From Nitrososphaerota archaeon (GTDB lineage: Archaea > Thermoproteota > Nitrososphaeria > Nitrososphaerales > Nitrosopumilaceae): 64,000 bases of DNA. Of the stretch, positions 18,080 through 28,071 are shown piece after piece (the first letter of the stretch is position 1; each line of letters begins with the position of its first letter). The translations under genes were made by a program, and so were the position numbers. The notes under the pieces were generated by a model. That model was not told where the DNA came from. It saw only the letters and a list, made by a program, of their open reading frames with translations, and did no database searches. The stretch lies in assembly GCA_028867735.1 (NCBI GenBank), contig JAGWFW010000001.1:9671-73670 (forward strand). The letters are read 5' to 3'.

Positions 18080-21000
18080 TTGGTACACATACGCAAGCTA
18101 GAGATCTTTGGCTTCAAATCGTTTGGATACAAGAATACCGTAGTCAACTTTGAATCTGGCCTCATAGCGATCTCTGGCGCTAACGGATCTGGCAAAAGCA
18201 ACATTCTTGATGCGATCTCATTTGCCTTGGGAGAAAACTCGCCAAAGATCATGAGAGTAGACAAGTTGCGCTCTTTGTTGCATGACGTAGACGGCGCCAG
18301 CCACGGGGCAAAGATAGCACGGGTGAGTTGCCATTTTGATAACACTGACAGGAAGATACCTGTAGATTCCAGTACTGTAACGATTACAAGGGAGATGGAC
18401 GAGTCTGGCGAGAACATCTATTATCTAAACCAAAAAAAAGTACTAAGGAACCACATCTTGGATCTGCTGGAGGTTGCAAACTGCGGCATACACAAGTTGA
18501 ACATCGTACAGCAGGGAACAATTACCAGAATTTCAGAGTTTAATTCTGAAGAGAGACGAAGAATAATTGAGGATATCGTAGGGCTTGCCTATTTTGACGA
18601 GAAAAAAACGGAGGCTCTAAAACAGCTTGATGAGGCAGACAGGCGGCTTGAGATCGCACTTGCGAGGATGGATGAGATAAAAAAGCGCATTGATGAACTG
18701 GAAGCAGAGCGAAACAACCAGCTAAGATATGACTTTCTGGACCGCGAGCTAAAGAGGCTCTATGCCATTCAATCTTCGAACAAACTGCGAGATATTGATG
18801 CCCAAAAGGTATCAAAAGAGAGAAACCTCAACGCCATCCAGTCCGAATACAAAAAACTTGACGAGCAACGCGGCCAGATAAGGGACGAGATAAAAAAACT
18901 TGAGGAGGAAAAGCAAAAGTTCATGGAAGAAGTCAATGCATACAACATTGCCAAGGCATCAATTGACTCTGAACTTTCTGCAGCAATGCACCAGTCAGAG
19001 ACTGCAAACAGCAAGCTTGCTACAAACGCACGGCGGGTCGCACAAATAGAATCGAGGCTGCCTGAAATTCAGGCAGATCTGTCAGGCCTGCACGAAAAGC
19101 ACGCTACGCTGGAATCCCAGGCCATGGAACTGAAAAATTCAATCAATGCTGTTAACGAATCAAAAAAAAACACAAATGCCGAACTCGTACTGGCAGATTC
19201 TGAAATCAATCAAACACTCAGGCAACAATCCCAGGTTACAAGTAACAAGATAAAAACTGATGAAAAAGTAAGGCATCTGGCAGACACGCTAAATGATGCC
19301 AAGCTATCCCATTCAAAGCTTGAGCAAGAGCGTGCGGACATACAAAACAAGGTTGATCAAAACTCGCTCAAGGCAAATGCATTGAATGATGAAAAAAATA
19401 AACTATCTGACCTGGAACAAAAACTCAAACAAGTAAGGACGGGTCACGAGTCGGCTATTGGCGAATTAAAGTCTAGACTTTCTGATCTGCGTGACAAACG
19501 TGTCAAGGCAGAAAAAGATGTTGAAGAGACCACGGTGATTTTTGAAAAAGCAAGCAAGGCTGCTGCACAATATGAAGCCAAGATCAAAGTTGTAAAGGAG
19601 GTAATGCATGAGGACTATTCAATTGCAAAGCTCAAGGAAGACTCGAAGAGACTTGGAATACAAGGCCTTGTTTACGAGCTGCTTTCTTGGGACAAACAAT
19701 ACGAGAGGGCAATCTTATCCGTCGGCTCGGACTGGCTAAAGGCGCTTGTTGTAAATGACTTTGCCACGCTTCTTGGAATCGCAGAGTTTGCACAGCAAAA
19801 GAAACTGCCAAAAATCAGAATCATTCCTTTGGATGCCGTGACAAATTCCAAGGCAACAATCAAACAAGAAGACGGAATACTTGGAATTCTTTCTGATTTT
19901 GTAAAATGCGAAGAAAAACTGGAGCCTCTCAAAAACTTTATTTTCGGAAGCATTGGCCTGACAAATTCAAAGGAGGCCGCCTATGCGCTGTCCAAGAAAG
20001 GGCACAGGGCAGTCACGCTTGACGGCCAATTCTTTGAAGCTGACGCAAATGCTGTAATAATAGACATCAACTCAAAGGTTTCAAATCTTACAAAGATAAT
20101 CCTCCTTAGTACTTCTGTAGACGGCCTTATCCAATCACTCGAACTGCTGAAGAAGTTCATCCAAAACAAGAAAGGCCAGATAAAGAAAATTGAGCGCATT
20201 GCAAGAAACCTGGAAAACAGGTATGGCGCGTCAGAAACGGGGCTTGCCAACGTGGACCTGAGCCTTACAGACGTAAAGACCAAACTAAAAGAAATCCACG
20301 TATCTCTTGATCAGATATCATCCAGAATATCGCAACTCAAGCGCAGGGATGAAGGCATAACAGTCGAGCTCTCAAAAGCCGAGTCGTACATTGCATCATT
20401 GGAAGAGAGGATCTCACTGACCAAGGAAAACTATGCCGAAGAGGAACAGGCAAGAATCGCAAGCATGCTGTCGTCCCTGAATGAAAAACGCTCCTCACTA
20501 TTGAGTGCACAAAGTACCATTTCAACCGAATTTCGTGAGCTCACCGCAAGGCTTACAGATCTTGTCAACGAGGAAAACTCGCACAAGGCAAACATGCGCC
20601 GCCTTTCTGAAGAACAGTCATTGCTAAATCATGAAAAGCATGATCTCGAGGTGCAGTCAAGAGTGTCATCAAAGGAAAAAGAAAGTGTTGATGCATCGCT
20701 AGTTCTGCTAAGGGAAAAAGAACAGCAGTTGATATCGACGTCTGGAACCTCAGTGTCAACGCTCAAAGAATACGACTCCAAGCTGAAGGGCCAGTATGAA
20801 ACCGAGAGAACGCTTACAAAAGAGATTAACGGAATGGAGAGGCAGTCTGACTCTATATTACGTGACGTCAAGGATCTTGATGAAAGCGAGGAAAGAATTC
20901 GCAAAACCCTCCTCTCATATGGATACGATGAATTGCTAGAATCCTTTGACGTAGACTCGATTCTTGTAGAACTTGAGGCAGAAAAGAAGCAAATGTCAGG

Positions 21001-21604
21001 CTCTCTCAATACGAGGGCCCCCGACTTGTATGTTGAAGTATCAAATGGATATCGTTCCATGTCGACAAGAAAGAATGAACTCGAAGCAGAAAGAAACTCT
21101 ATTGTCAAATTCATCGAGGAGATAGACAAGGACAAACGACAAACATTCCTAGAATCATATGACAAGGTCGATAAGGACATACGAGAGATCTTCAGCAAGA
21201 TGACTGGAGGAAACGCCTGGCTTGAAATTCAAAATGAGGACGACATATTTTCATCAGGAATTTCATACTTGGTGCAATTTCCAAACAAGCCAAAAAGAGA
21301 GTCTACCTCAATTAGCGGCGGAGAGAAAACTCTTGCCGCAATCACCTTCCTGCTTGCACTTCAAAAACTTAAACCGTCGCCTTTCTATCTACTTGACGAA
21401 GTTGATGCACACTTGGATGCATTGAACACAGAAAGGCTGTCTAGAATACTTGAAGACAGGGCAGGAGGGAGCCAGATAATAATGGTATCACTAAAGGACT
21501 CTGTAGTAAAAAAGGCAACCCTGATCTACGGAGTGTTTCCAAGAAATGGCGTATCGCATGTTGTGTCGCACAAAATCTCTAACGCACAACAGGTCGCAAA
21601 CTAG
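18080..21604 (+). CDS. smc: Chromosome segregation protein SMC
   Basis: GFKSF, GANGSGKSN Walker A, coiled coils with hinge, ISGGEK signature, LDEVDAHLD; start at TTG 18080 (track uses 18062). Confidence 0.97.
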   Translation: MVHIRKLEIFGFKSFGYKNTVVNFESGLIAISGANGSGKSNILDAISFALGENSPKIMRVDKLRSLLHDVDGASHGAKIARVSCHFDNTDRKIPVDSSTVTITREMDESGENIYYLNQKKVLRNHILDLLEVANCGIHKLNIVQQGTITRISEFNSEERRRIIEDIVGLAYFDEKKTEALKQLDEADRRLEIALARMDEIKKRIDELEAERNNQLRYDFLDRELKRLYAIQSSNKLRDIDAQKVSKERNLNAIQSEYKKLDEQRGQIRDEIKKLEEEKQKFMEEVNAYNIAKASIDSELSAAMHQSETANSKLATNARRVAQIESRLPEIQADLSGLHEKHATLESQAMELKNSINAVNESKKNTNAELVLADSEINQTLRQQSQVTSNKIKTDEKVRHLADTLNDAKLSHSKLEQERADIQNKVDQNSLKANALNDEKNKLSDLEQKLKQVRTGHESAIGELKSRLSDLRDKRVKAEKDVEETTVIFEKASKAAAQYEAKIKVVKEVMHEDYSIAKLKEDSKRLGIQGLVYELLSWDKQYERAILSVGSDWLKALVVNDFATLLGIAEFAQQKKLPKIRIIPLDAVTNSKATIKQEDGILGILSDFVKCEEKLEPLKNFIFGSIGLTNSKEAAYALSKKGHRAVTLDGQFFEADANAVIIDINSKVSNLTKIILLSTSVDGLIQSLELLKKFIQNKKGQIKKIERIARNLENRYGASETGLANVDLSLTDVKTKLKEIHVSLDQISSRISQLKRRDEGITVELSKAESYIASLEERISLTKENYAEEEQARIASMLSSLNEKRSSLLSAQSTISTEFRELTARLTDLVNEENSHKANMRRLSEEQSLLNHEKHDLEVQSRVSSKEKESVDASLVLLREKEQQLISTSGTSVSTLKEYDSKLKGQYETERTLTKEINGMERQSDSILRDVKDLDESEERIRKTLLSYGYDELLESFDVDSILVELEAEKKQMSGSLNTRAPDLYVEVSNGYRSMSTRKNELEAERNSIVKFIEEIDKDKRQTFLESYDKVDKDIREIFSKMTGGNAWLEIQNEDDIFSSGISYLVQFPNKPKRESTSISGGEKTLAAITFLLALQKLKPSPFYLLDEVDAHLDALNTERLSRILEDRAGGSQIIMVSLKDSVVKKATLIYGVFPRNGVSHVVSHKISNAQQVAN

Positions 21605-22560
21605 TTTATCTCTACAAAACAAGCAACAGATCTCTGGTTTCCAACCTGCTCGAGACTTGGTTCTTGCTTGCATTTTTCAATTGCATAAGGACATCTTGCT
21701 CTAAACCTGCATCCGTGATACACATCAATATCCAGGGGGCTGTTGATGCGAATCTTTTTCTCACTATGCAAGTTGTTTGGATTGGGCTCGGAGATTGAAT
21801 CCATGAGAGCTTGCGTATAGGGATGTTTTGGTTGCAACAGTACGTCACCAATATTTCCGACCTCTACGATTTTTCCAAGATACAGTATGGAAATAAAATG
21901 CCCCACGTATCTTGCGGTGGAAAGATCATGTGTTATGTACAAAAATGATATTCCGTGTTTGTTTTGTAATTCTTTTATTAATTCCAAGACTCCGACTCTG
22001 ACTGAAACATCAAGCATTGATACTGGCTCATCAGCTATGACCATCTTGGGCTTGGTTGCAATGGATCGCGCAATGACCACACGTTGCCTCTGTCCTCCTG
22101 ACAACATGTGGGGGTATTTTGAAGCAACATCGTCGGGGTTTATCTTTACATCTCTTAGAGCATCAAAGACCATCTCTCTTCTCTCACTTGGCCTTCCGAT
22201 ACCGTGTATATCCAAGGGCTCTCTTACTATGTCAAAGACTTTCATCCTAGGATCAATTGAGGCGTAGGGATCCTGGTGTATCATCTGGCATTCTTTTCTT
22301 ATTTTTTTGAGACTTGATGTATCTGTGTTTATCTCGGTGTTATCAAAAATTATCTCGCCCGAGTCTGGTTCTACTGCTCCAAGTATCAAACGAGCCATGG
22401 TTGTCTTGCCCGATCCAGATTCTCCTGCCAGGACCAAAGTCTGGCCCTTTTTAATTGAAAGTGATACGCCGTCAACAGCCCTTACTGTTTCCTTTTGTCG
22501 CATAAATCCCCCCTTTGTAAAGTATTTTTTCAGGTTCTTTACAGATAGGATCTCTTCCAC
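21601..22560 (-). CDS. oppF: Oligopeptide/dipeptide ABC transporter ATP-binding protein (OppF/DppF-like)
   Basis: GESGSGKT, LSGGQRQR, ADEP, HPYT, C-terminal GCRFRARC. Confidence 0.9.
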   Translation of the reverse strand: MEEILSVKNLKKYFTKGGFMRQKETVRAVDGVSLSIKKGQTLVLAGESGSGKTTMARLILGAVEPDSGEIIFDNTEINTDTSSLKKIRKECQMIHQDPYASIDPRMKVFDIVREPLDIHGIGRPSERREMVFDALRDVKINPDDVASKYPHMLSGGQRQRVVIARSIATKPKMVIADEPVSMLDVSVRVGVLELIKELQNKHGISFLYITHDLSTARYVGHFISILYLGKIVEVGNIGDVLLQPKHPYTQALMDSISEPNPNNLHSEKKIRINSPLDIDVYHGCRFRARCPYAIEKCKQEPSLEQVGNQRSVACFVEIN

Positions 22561-22657
22561 TGTAGTTTACTTGCCTATCAAGTATATCAAGAAAACTGTG
22601 GGAAAAGAACACACATCGTTAATCTACCGCGATTATCACTGATCGTATTTGGCCTGT

Positions 22658-22722
22658 CTTGGTCAAAAATCAGGCATTAGGCGATCACTTGGTCAAAATC
22701 TTAGCATCGCAAAGTTTTAAAG
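22658..22722 (+). promoter_or_regulatory. Direct repeat CTTGGTCAAAA x2 (30-bp spacing) upstream of a TATA box
   Basis: Copies at 22658-22668 and 22688-22698; TTTTAAAG at ~22715-22722, ~25-30 nt before the GTG at 22746. Confidence 0.55.
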
Positions 22723-22745
22723 GCTATGATTTATGATACAAAAAC

Positions 22746-23657
22746 GTGAACGTTAAACTCCTCGCCGCGGTAATGATCGCCGGCTTAGTTCTAAGTGGAA
22801 GTTCAGTTTACCTAAACAAGGTATTTGCAGACGATCAATGGTCTGACATCGCACAGCGCCAATTGATTGCCCAGCAGAAAGCAGCCCAAGTTTACTCTGA
22901 CAAGTACATGTTTAACGACATTAATGGCTCGCAAAGAAACTGGTCTGGCTTGACTTTTACTAGTACTGATGAGGATACTAAAGGACGAGATTTGGCAGCA
23001 GCTTCACAGGCATCAATGCAAAATGCCCTGTCTGAGTTTGACAAGATTCACATCACACAACTTGCATCTTTGCAGGCCACTGGATATGCGGGGCTAAACA
23101 GCACAACAACTGATGAACAAGGTCGAGACAGGAATGCCCTGATTGCTCAAGCACGAGATCAGTCACTAACTGATGCCCAGTATGTTGTATCAGAACTATC
23201 AAAAATAGATGCAGCATACACTGGCATTCAAAACCAGGGAACGACACAAGGATACTATACTAACAGACAAGCCCAGATAGAAAATACTTGGGATTCAATG
23301 GAGGCACGAGCAGGTGCACTTGTGAATGCCCTTACAAAGATTGATACCGACTATGTGAATCTGAAATCAGGAGGTACTACAAACGAGAATACTTCTGGTC
23401 GTCAACTAGATGTCGCACAAGCAAATGCTCTGAACCAAGCCATTCAGATATTCCAAGAGATTCATGCCAAACATCTTGCGGCAACACAATCAAACAACTA
23501 TGCAGGATTGTCAAGTTCAACTACTGATGAACAAAACAACGACAATAGGAATACAGAGATTGAAGATGCAACTCAGCAGGCATTGCAGAATGCACTGAAT
23601 GCATACAACTCGTACTATAACGGCATGGGCCTAAATCAGACACTCTACTCTCACTAA
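22746..23657 (+). CDS. Secreted helical tandem-repeat protein of unknown function
   Basis: Signal peptide ending ..VFA; about five 45-48-aa repeats (YAGLxSxTTDEQ...R...A); no Pro or Cys; T-rich tract after the stop. Confidence 0.8.
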   Translation: MNVKLLAAVMIAGLVLSGSSVYLNKVFADDQWSDIAQRQLIAQQKAAQVYSDKYMFNDINGSQRNWSGLTFTSTDEDTKGRDLAAASQASMQNALSEFDKIHITQLASLQATGYAGLNSTTTDEQGRDRNALIAQARDQSLTDAQYVVSELSKIDAAYTGIQNQGTTQGYYTNRQAQIENTWDSMEARAGALVNALTKIDTDYVNLKSGGTTNENTSGRQLDVAQANALNQAIQIFQEIHAKHLAATQSNNYAGLSSSTTDEQNNDNRNTEIEDATQQALQNALNAYNSYYNGMGLNQTLYSH

Positions 23658-23671
23658 AAATTTTTTAATTT

Positions 23672-24616
23672 TTATTTGCTCTCTTCGTAGAGCCAGCATG
23701 ATACATATCCAGTCTTGGTTTTTGTCACTGGTGGCTCTGTCTCGCATCTTTCCTTTGCCTCTGGACATCTGTCATAAAATCTGCATCCTGCAGGAGGCGA
23801 TGCCAAACTTGGCGGATTTCCTTTGAGCGATATCAAGTCTAATCCGCCCTTGATCTTTGGAGTGGATTTGAGCAATGCCTGGGTGTAGGGATGCTTGGGG
23901 TTTGAATATACTTCCTGCATTGTGCCAAATTCCACTATCTTTCCAGCATACATTATTGCAACTTTATCTGATATTTCTGAGACTATGCCCAAATCATGGG
24001 AGATTAGCACAAGTGACATGCCTTCCTTTTTCATCTTTTTGAGCAGGCTGATAATCTGGGCCTGTACCAAAACATCAAGTGCAGTGGTTGGCTCGTCTGC
24101 AATCACAAGTTTTGGCCTCAAAAGCAATGCCATGGCAATCACCGCCCTCTGTTTCATGCCGCCGCTAATCTCATGAGGAAATTTATCAAGCACTGACACA
24201 GGCAAGCCCACTGCATCTACTGCATCGTTTATTGTCTTGATGCGGTCCCCGGAATAGCCATGTACTTGCAAGATCTCTTCAAACTGCTGTTTTATGGTAA
24301 ATACGGGATCAAGCGAATTCATGGCTCCCTGAAATACCATTGCTATTTTTTTCCAGCGAATATTGCCGGTAAACTCTTCCTCGGACACGTTCAAGATTGA
24401 CTTGCTGTCTAGCAGTATGTCACCTGAAATGACCCGTCCTCCGGGAATTGACCTGACTATGGCAAGCCCAAGAGTACTTTTTCCACACGCGCTCTCGCCT
24501 ACAATTCCAATCGACTCGTTGTCTTCAAGAGAAAAGGAAACCCCATCCACTGCATTGACTGCGTTATCCCCCGATCCGTATTGGACTCTAAGATCCCTGA
24601 CAAAAAGTGTTACCAC
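23672..24616 (-). CDS. oppD: Oligopeptide/dipeptide ABC transporter ATP-binding protein (OppD/DppD-like)
   Basis: GESACGKS, ISGGMKQR, ADEPTTALD, HPYT, GCRFYDRC; start likely GTG 24616 (track 24685). Confidence 0.9.
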   Translation of the reverse strand: MVTLFVRDLRVQYGSGDNAVNAVDGVSFSLEDNESIGIVGESACGKSTLGLAIVRSIPGGRVISGDILLDSKSILNVSEEEFTGNIRWKKIAMVFQGAMNSLDPVFTIKQQFEEILQVHGYSGDRIKTINDAVDAVGLPVSVLDKFPHEISGGMKQRAVIAMALLLRPKLVIADEPTTALDVLVQAQIISLLKKMKKEGMSLVLISHDLGIVSEISDKVAIMYAGKIVEFGTMQEVYSNPKHPYTQALLKSTPKIKGGLDLISLKGNPPSLASPPAGCRFYDRCPEAKERCETEPPVTKTKTGYVSCWLYEESK

Positions 24617-24747
24617 TGTATACCGTATGATGTCCAAGTAAATTTGCCTTTTGAAAACTGTCTGATCGCAGCAAAAGTCTTGCAACTATATAGTTCATAT
24701 GTCCTATATGCACCAGATATTTAACCCTGAAACTTTAGAGTAGCTAC

Positions 24748-25380
24748 ATGACACAATGGATGACATGGATAAAGTCAAACGAAAAAGAAATTTTGTCGCT
24801 CTTAAACGATGTTGCATGCAAGGCCGAAGAAGCATCAAAACTATTGGTTGGAATATTTGAAAACTTTGAAAAACTAGACGAAAACCACTCTAAAATAAAA
24901 AAGATAGAAAGAGAAGCCGATGGACTAACACATTCTGTCTTTGAAGAACTAAACAAGACATTCATCACCCCGCTCGATAGGGAAGATATCTCCCGTATCG
25001 CATCAAAAGCAGATGATATAATTGACTACATCGAAGGCATATCAGGCAGGATAGTAAACTTTAAGATAAAATCTCCTCCTCCTTACATGCTTGAGCTGGC
25101 AAAGGAGCTCCAAAACGCCACAAAAGAGATCAACCTAATGATTACAAGCCTCAATAAACTGAAGGTAAATAAATCGATAATTGAACATTGTCGCGCTGTT
25201 AGTGCGATAGAGCACAATGCAGACGACATTTACAGAAAAGCTGTTGGGGAATTGCTAGAAACGACTGATGTTATCAACATTATAAAACTGAAAGATATCT
25301 ACGAATCCTTGGAAGAGGCTTCCGATAGGTGCCTTGACGTTGCTGATTCAATAGAAGACGTGGTTCTAAAATACACGTAG
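24748..25380 (+). CDS. DUF47 phosphate transport regulator (PhoU-like)
   Basis: IEREADGL...LNKTFITPLDREDI...LEEASDRC. Confidence 0.92.
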   Translation: MTQWMTWIKSNEKEILSLLNDVACKAEEASKLLVGIFENFEKLDENHSKIKKIEREADGLTHSVFEELNKTFITPLDREDISRIASKADDIIDYIEGISGRIVNFKIKSPPPYMLELAKELQNATKEINLMITSLNKLKVNKSIIEHCRAVSAIEHNADDIYRKAVGELLETTDVINIIKLKDIYESLEEASDRCLDVADSIEDVVLKYT

Positions 25381-25386
25381 ATCTTT

Positions 25387-26373
25387 ATGATTGCGCTTGC
25401 CATAGGAGCCATAGTAGCGGCACTAGTTTTTGATTTCTTAAACGGCTTTCATGATGCTGCAAACTCTATTGCTACTATAGTTGGAACAAGAATTCTCAAA
25501 CCCCTTCCCGCAGTGGGAATTGCGGCTTTTGCCAACTTTGCAGGCCCGTTTCTTTTTGGTGTGGCAGTTGCAACCACAATAGGAAAAGGCATCATAAATC
25601 CAGATTTTGTAACGCTTGACATAATCATAGGTGCCCTGGCCGGAGCAATCGTATGGGATATCATAACGTGGGTTCTGGGGCTGCCAACTTCGAGCAGCCA
25701 TGCCTTGGTTGGAGGCATACTGGGCGCGGGCTTGGCAGGGGCTGGAACAAAAGCTGTAATTTTTGGAGGCCTGCAGACCGTACTGACCGGAATCGTAGTT
25801 TCACCAATAGCTGGCCTGGCAACGGCATTTCTGATTGCTCTGTTGATAATGCGAATCTTTGCAAAAGTAAAACCTCGTACTGTCAATTCTGTTTTTGGCA
25901 AGCTTCAGCTTGTCTCGTCAACATATTTTTCACTGACGCATGGAGCAAATGATGGACAAAAGACAATGGGTGTTATAGCACTCATCTTGCTCACTCAAGG
26001 TGTCATCACGACATTTTCTATTCCGTCATATGTAATCCTGATGGCTGCAACCGCCATGAGTCTTGGCACATTCTTTGGAGGCTGGAGAATTGTTAAGACA
26101 ATGGCAATGAAGATTACAAACCTCAGGCCATACCAAGGGTTTTCTGCAGAGACAGGGGCTGCTACCATCCTTGCAACCCTTGCCTGGGCTGGTGTGCCTG
26201 CAAGCACTACCCATGCAATATCTGGAGGAATTATGGGAGTTGGAGCGGTCAGAAGACTATCTGCTGTCAGATGGGGGGTTGGAAAACGGATTGTGTGGGC
26301 ATGGATAATCACAATTCCTGCCAGCGCGTCAGTCTCGTTTGTCATAACATGGATGATAACTGGACTAAAATGA
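25387..26373 (+). CDS. pit: Inorganic phosphate transporter, PiT family
   Basis: NGFHDAANSIAT, PTSSSHAL, HGANDGQK, PASTTH, SAVRWG. Confidence 0.95.
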   Translation: MIALAIGAIVAALVFDFLNGFHDAANSIATIVGTRILKPLPAVGIAAFANFAGPFLFGVAVATTIGKGIINPDFVTLDIIIGALAGAIVWDIITWVLGLPTSSSHALVGGILGAGLAGAGTKAVIFGGLQTVLTGIVVSPIAGLATAFLIALLIMRIFAKVKPRTVNSVFGKLQLVSSTYFSLTHGANDGQKTMGVIALILLTQGVITTFSIPSYVILMAATAMSLGTFFGGWRIVKTMAMKITNLRPYQGFSAETGAATILATLAWAGVPASTTHAISGGIMGVGAVRRLSAVRWGVGKRIVWAWIITIPASASVSFVITWMITGLK

Positions 26374-26503
26374 TTCACCTTTTGCAGACCTCAATATGTC
26401 TCATCAACGCGTGAAATGGAATACGGTCAGAAATTAAAGTCTGCTTGTGGGGAGCAACCATGCGAGGATTAGTACGCCATGTTGGTAGATCATTCCTGCA
26501 AAT

Positions 26504-26526
26504 GTGTATGTTTGTAATACATACAC
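26504..26526. promoter_or_regulatory. Perfect inverted repeat, candidate operator
   Basis: GTGTATGT-N7-ACATACAC just upstream of ORF 26542. Confidence 0.35.
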
Positions 26527-26541
26527 GTACGTATCTACTTA

Positions 26542-26757
26542 TTGAATTTAGATCAAAATATGCAAGTCGAAGAAGCGTCCTTGAATGAGATGTGGAAGGT
26601 CATAGAGATGTTTGGAATTAAACGCGAGCTACTTGATCCCAACAATAAATTATCGTCAGGTACTATTTACAATCTGTATTTAACAATAAAAAATAATAAA
26701 AATGATCAACTGTTTTTGAACCGAAAGAAGTTCAATAGTAGATTATGCAGAACCTGA
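26542..26757 (+). CDS. Small hypothetical protein
   Basis: 71-aa AT-rich ORF; start may be the ATG at 26560. Confidence 0.45.
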   Translation: MNLDQNMQVEEASLNEMWKVIEMFGIKRELLDPNNKLSSGTIYNLYLTIKNNKNDQLFLNRKKFNSRLCRT

Positions 26758-26862
26758 TTTTGTACGCTGGATAGTTCGAGGTTGTAACGCTTGACTGGAT
26801 CAGATTGTAAAGAAACGGGTGAATTTTTGAGGTCAGATTTTGGGTGTATAGTTACGGTTGAA

Positions 26863-27111
26863 CTACTCACTCAAGAATTCTGTCTTGATTTGTTCCAGTC
26901 TCTCAGGGTTGATTTCGTGAAGATAAGAATACCTTGAATTTTCAATAATTGATTTTAGGGCTTCAGGACTATGTCCTTTTTTGACTTGACCTTCAAACAT
27001 TGCTTCTGTTATTTTTCCTTCAAGATACGCTCGTAAGGTGTGAGCAAGGTGACGTTCTGCCGCCATCTCAGGCGTCCTCATGATTTTTGCCATGTTAGAA
27101 AATGACCTCAC
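26863..27111 (-). CDS. Small hypothetical helical protein
   Basis: 82-aa ORF (probably starting at MAKIMRTPE), protein-like composition. Confidence 0.55.
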   Translation of the reverse strand: MRSFSNMAKIMRTPEMAAERHLAHTLRAYLEGKITEAMFEGQVKKGHSPEALKSIIENSRYSYLHEINPERLEQIKTEFLSE

Positions 27112-27247
27112 TTTGATATAGATTAATCGATCAAAAAATTTAGGAGAGTAGTTTTAGTCAGCATCCATCCTCATATCTTAAACAGATCCAATGAAATGGG
27201 ACAATCAGAAACAATTCCTAAATCCCATGAAGACCAAATAATGACAA

Positions 27248-27448
27248 ATGGGTTCTTTCTCCTCTATCATTCGACCCGTATGGGAAATACTTACATGCAA
27301 TACATGCCCGCCAACCACGCAACCACTGCCAAGTGGAGATTTGTTTCCACCTCAAAATTGGCTGGAAATCCATTCCTATGTAGGCTGGGCAATAGTCGCA
27401 ATAGTAGTGGTTATGATACCAGTGATTGTAAAACTGTTGAAAGAATAA
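27248..27448 (+). CDS. Small membrane protein with CxxC and C-terminal TM helix
   Basis: TCNTCPP...WAIVAIVVVMIPVIVKLLKE. Confidence 0.4.
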   Translation: MGSFSSIIRPVWEILTCNTCPPTTQPLPSGDLFPPQNWLEIHSYVGWAIVAIVVVMIPVIVKLLKE

Positions 27449-27552
27449 GCCTACATTGAACAACGATAAAAATTCAAATGCTGTTAGTTGAACAGAGCCT
27501 GATTTCGCATAGGTTTATCTTCCAGTGAAAGTTAAGCAAAAATCGATTTTCC

Positions 27553-28062
27553 TTGAGGACGCCGATTTGCAGCTTTGACGCAATGAATGGTATTTTGTGT
27601 CCGCAATGCGAGTCCAAGCTAGATTCTGGACAACTCACAAAGGCCGACGTAGACGCATCAATAAAACTTGTCCAGCTATCTCAAAAAATACAACCAATTG
27701 AAAAATTCACGCTCAACTCATGCCAAGAGTCAAATGGAAACTATGTGCTGTATCTTAGCAGCACAGATATCATGACTGTGAGGCAAAGCCGGGAGCTTTA
27801 CCGTATACTGCAAAACGAGTTTTCAGGCAAGATCTGGCTTGTCGAGGAAGGATGCGACGACAAAAAATTCATCGAGAACATGTTTTTTCCAATCAAGACG
27901 CTTGCAATAAACCAACTGTGGGCTCCCGGGGGAGTTAGAAAGACCAAAGTCATAGTTTCAGGAAAAAAGACATCCCGATTCCCAATTGACACAGATAAGC
28001 TAATTGCGATATCAAAAGATCTTCGAAAGATAGAACTAGTAGTTGAATTTGAGAGAAAGTGA
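27553..28062 (+). CDS. Archaeal NusA-like/KH protein with N-terminal zinc knuckle
   Basis: PICSFD..NGILCPQCESKL; INQLWAPGG; co-transcribed with aspS. Confidence 0.75.
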   Translation: MRTPICSFDAMNGILCPQCESKLDSGQLTKADVDASIKLVQLSQKIQPIEKFTLNSCQESNGNYVLYLSSTDIMTVRQSRELYRILQNEFSGKIWLVEEGCDDKKFIENMFFPIKTLAINQLWAPGGVRKTKVIVSGKKTSRFPIDTDKLIAISKDLRKIELVVEFERK

Positions 28063-28071
28063 GAAAGCCTG

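Noticed and set aside
24686-24710. ACTATATAGT palindrome and ATATG repeats upstream of DUF47-pit, considered as a Pho-box
   Set aside because: Overlaps the expected TATA elements of divergent promoters; too short and AT-rich to call.
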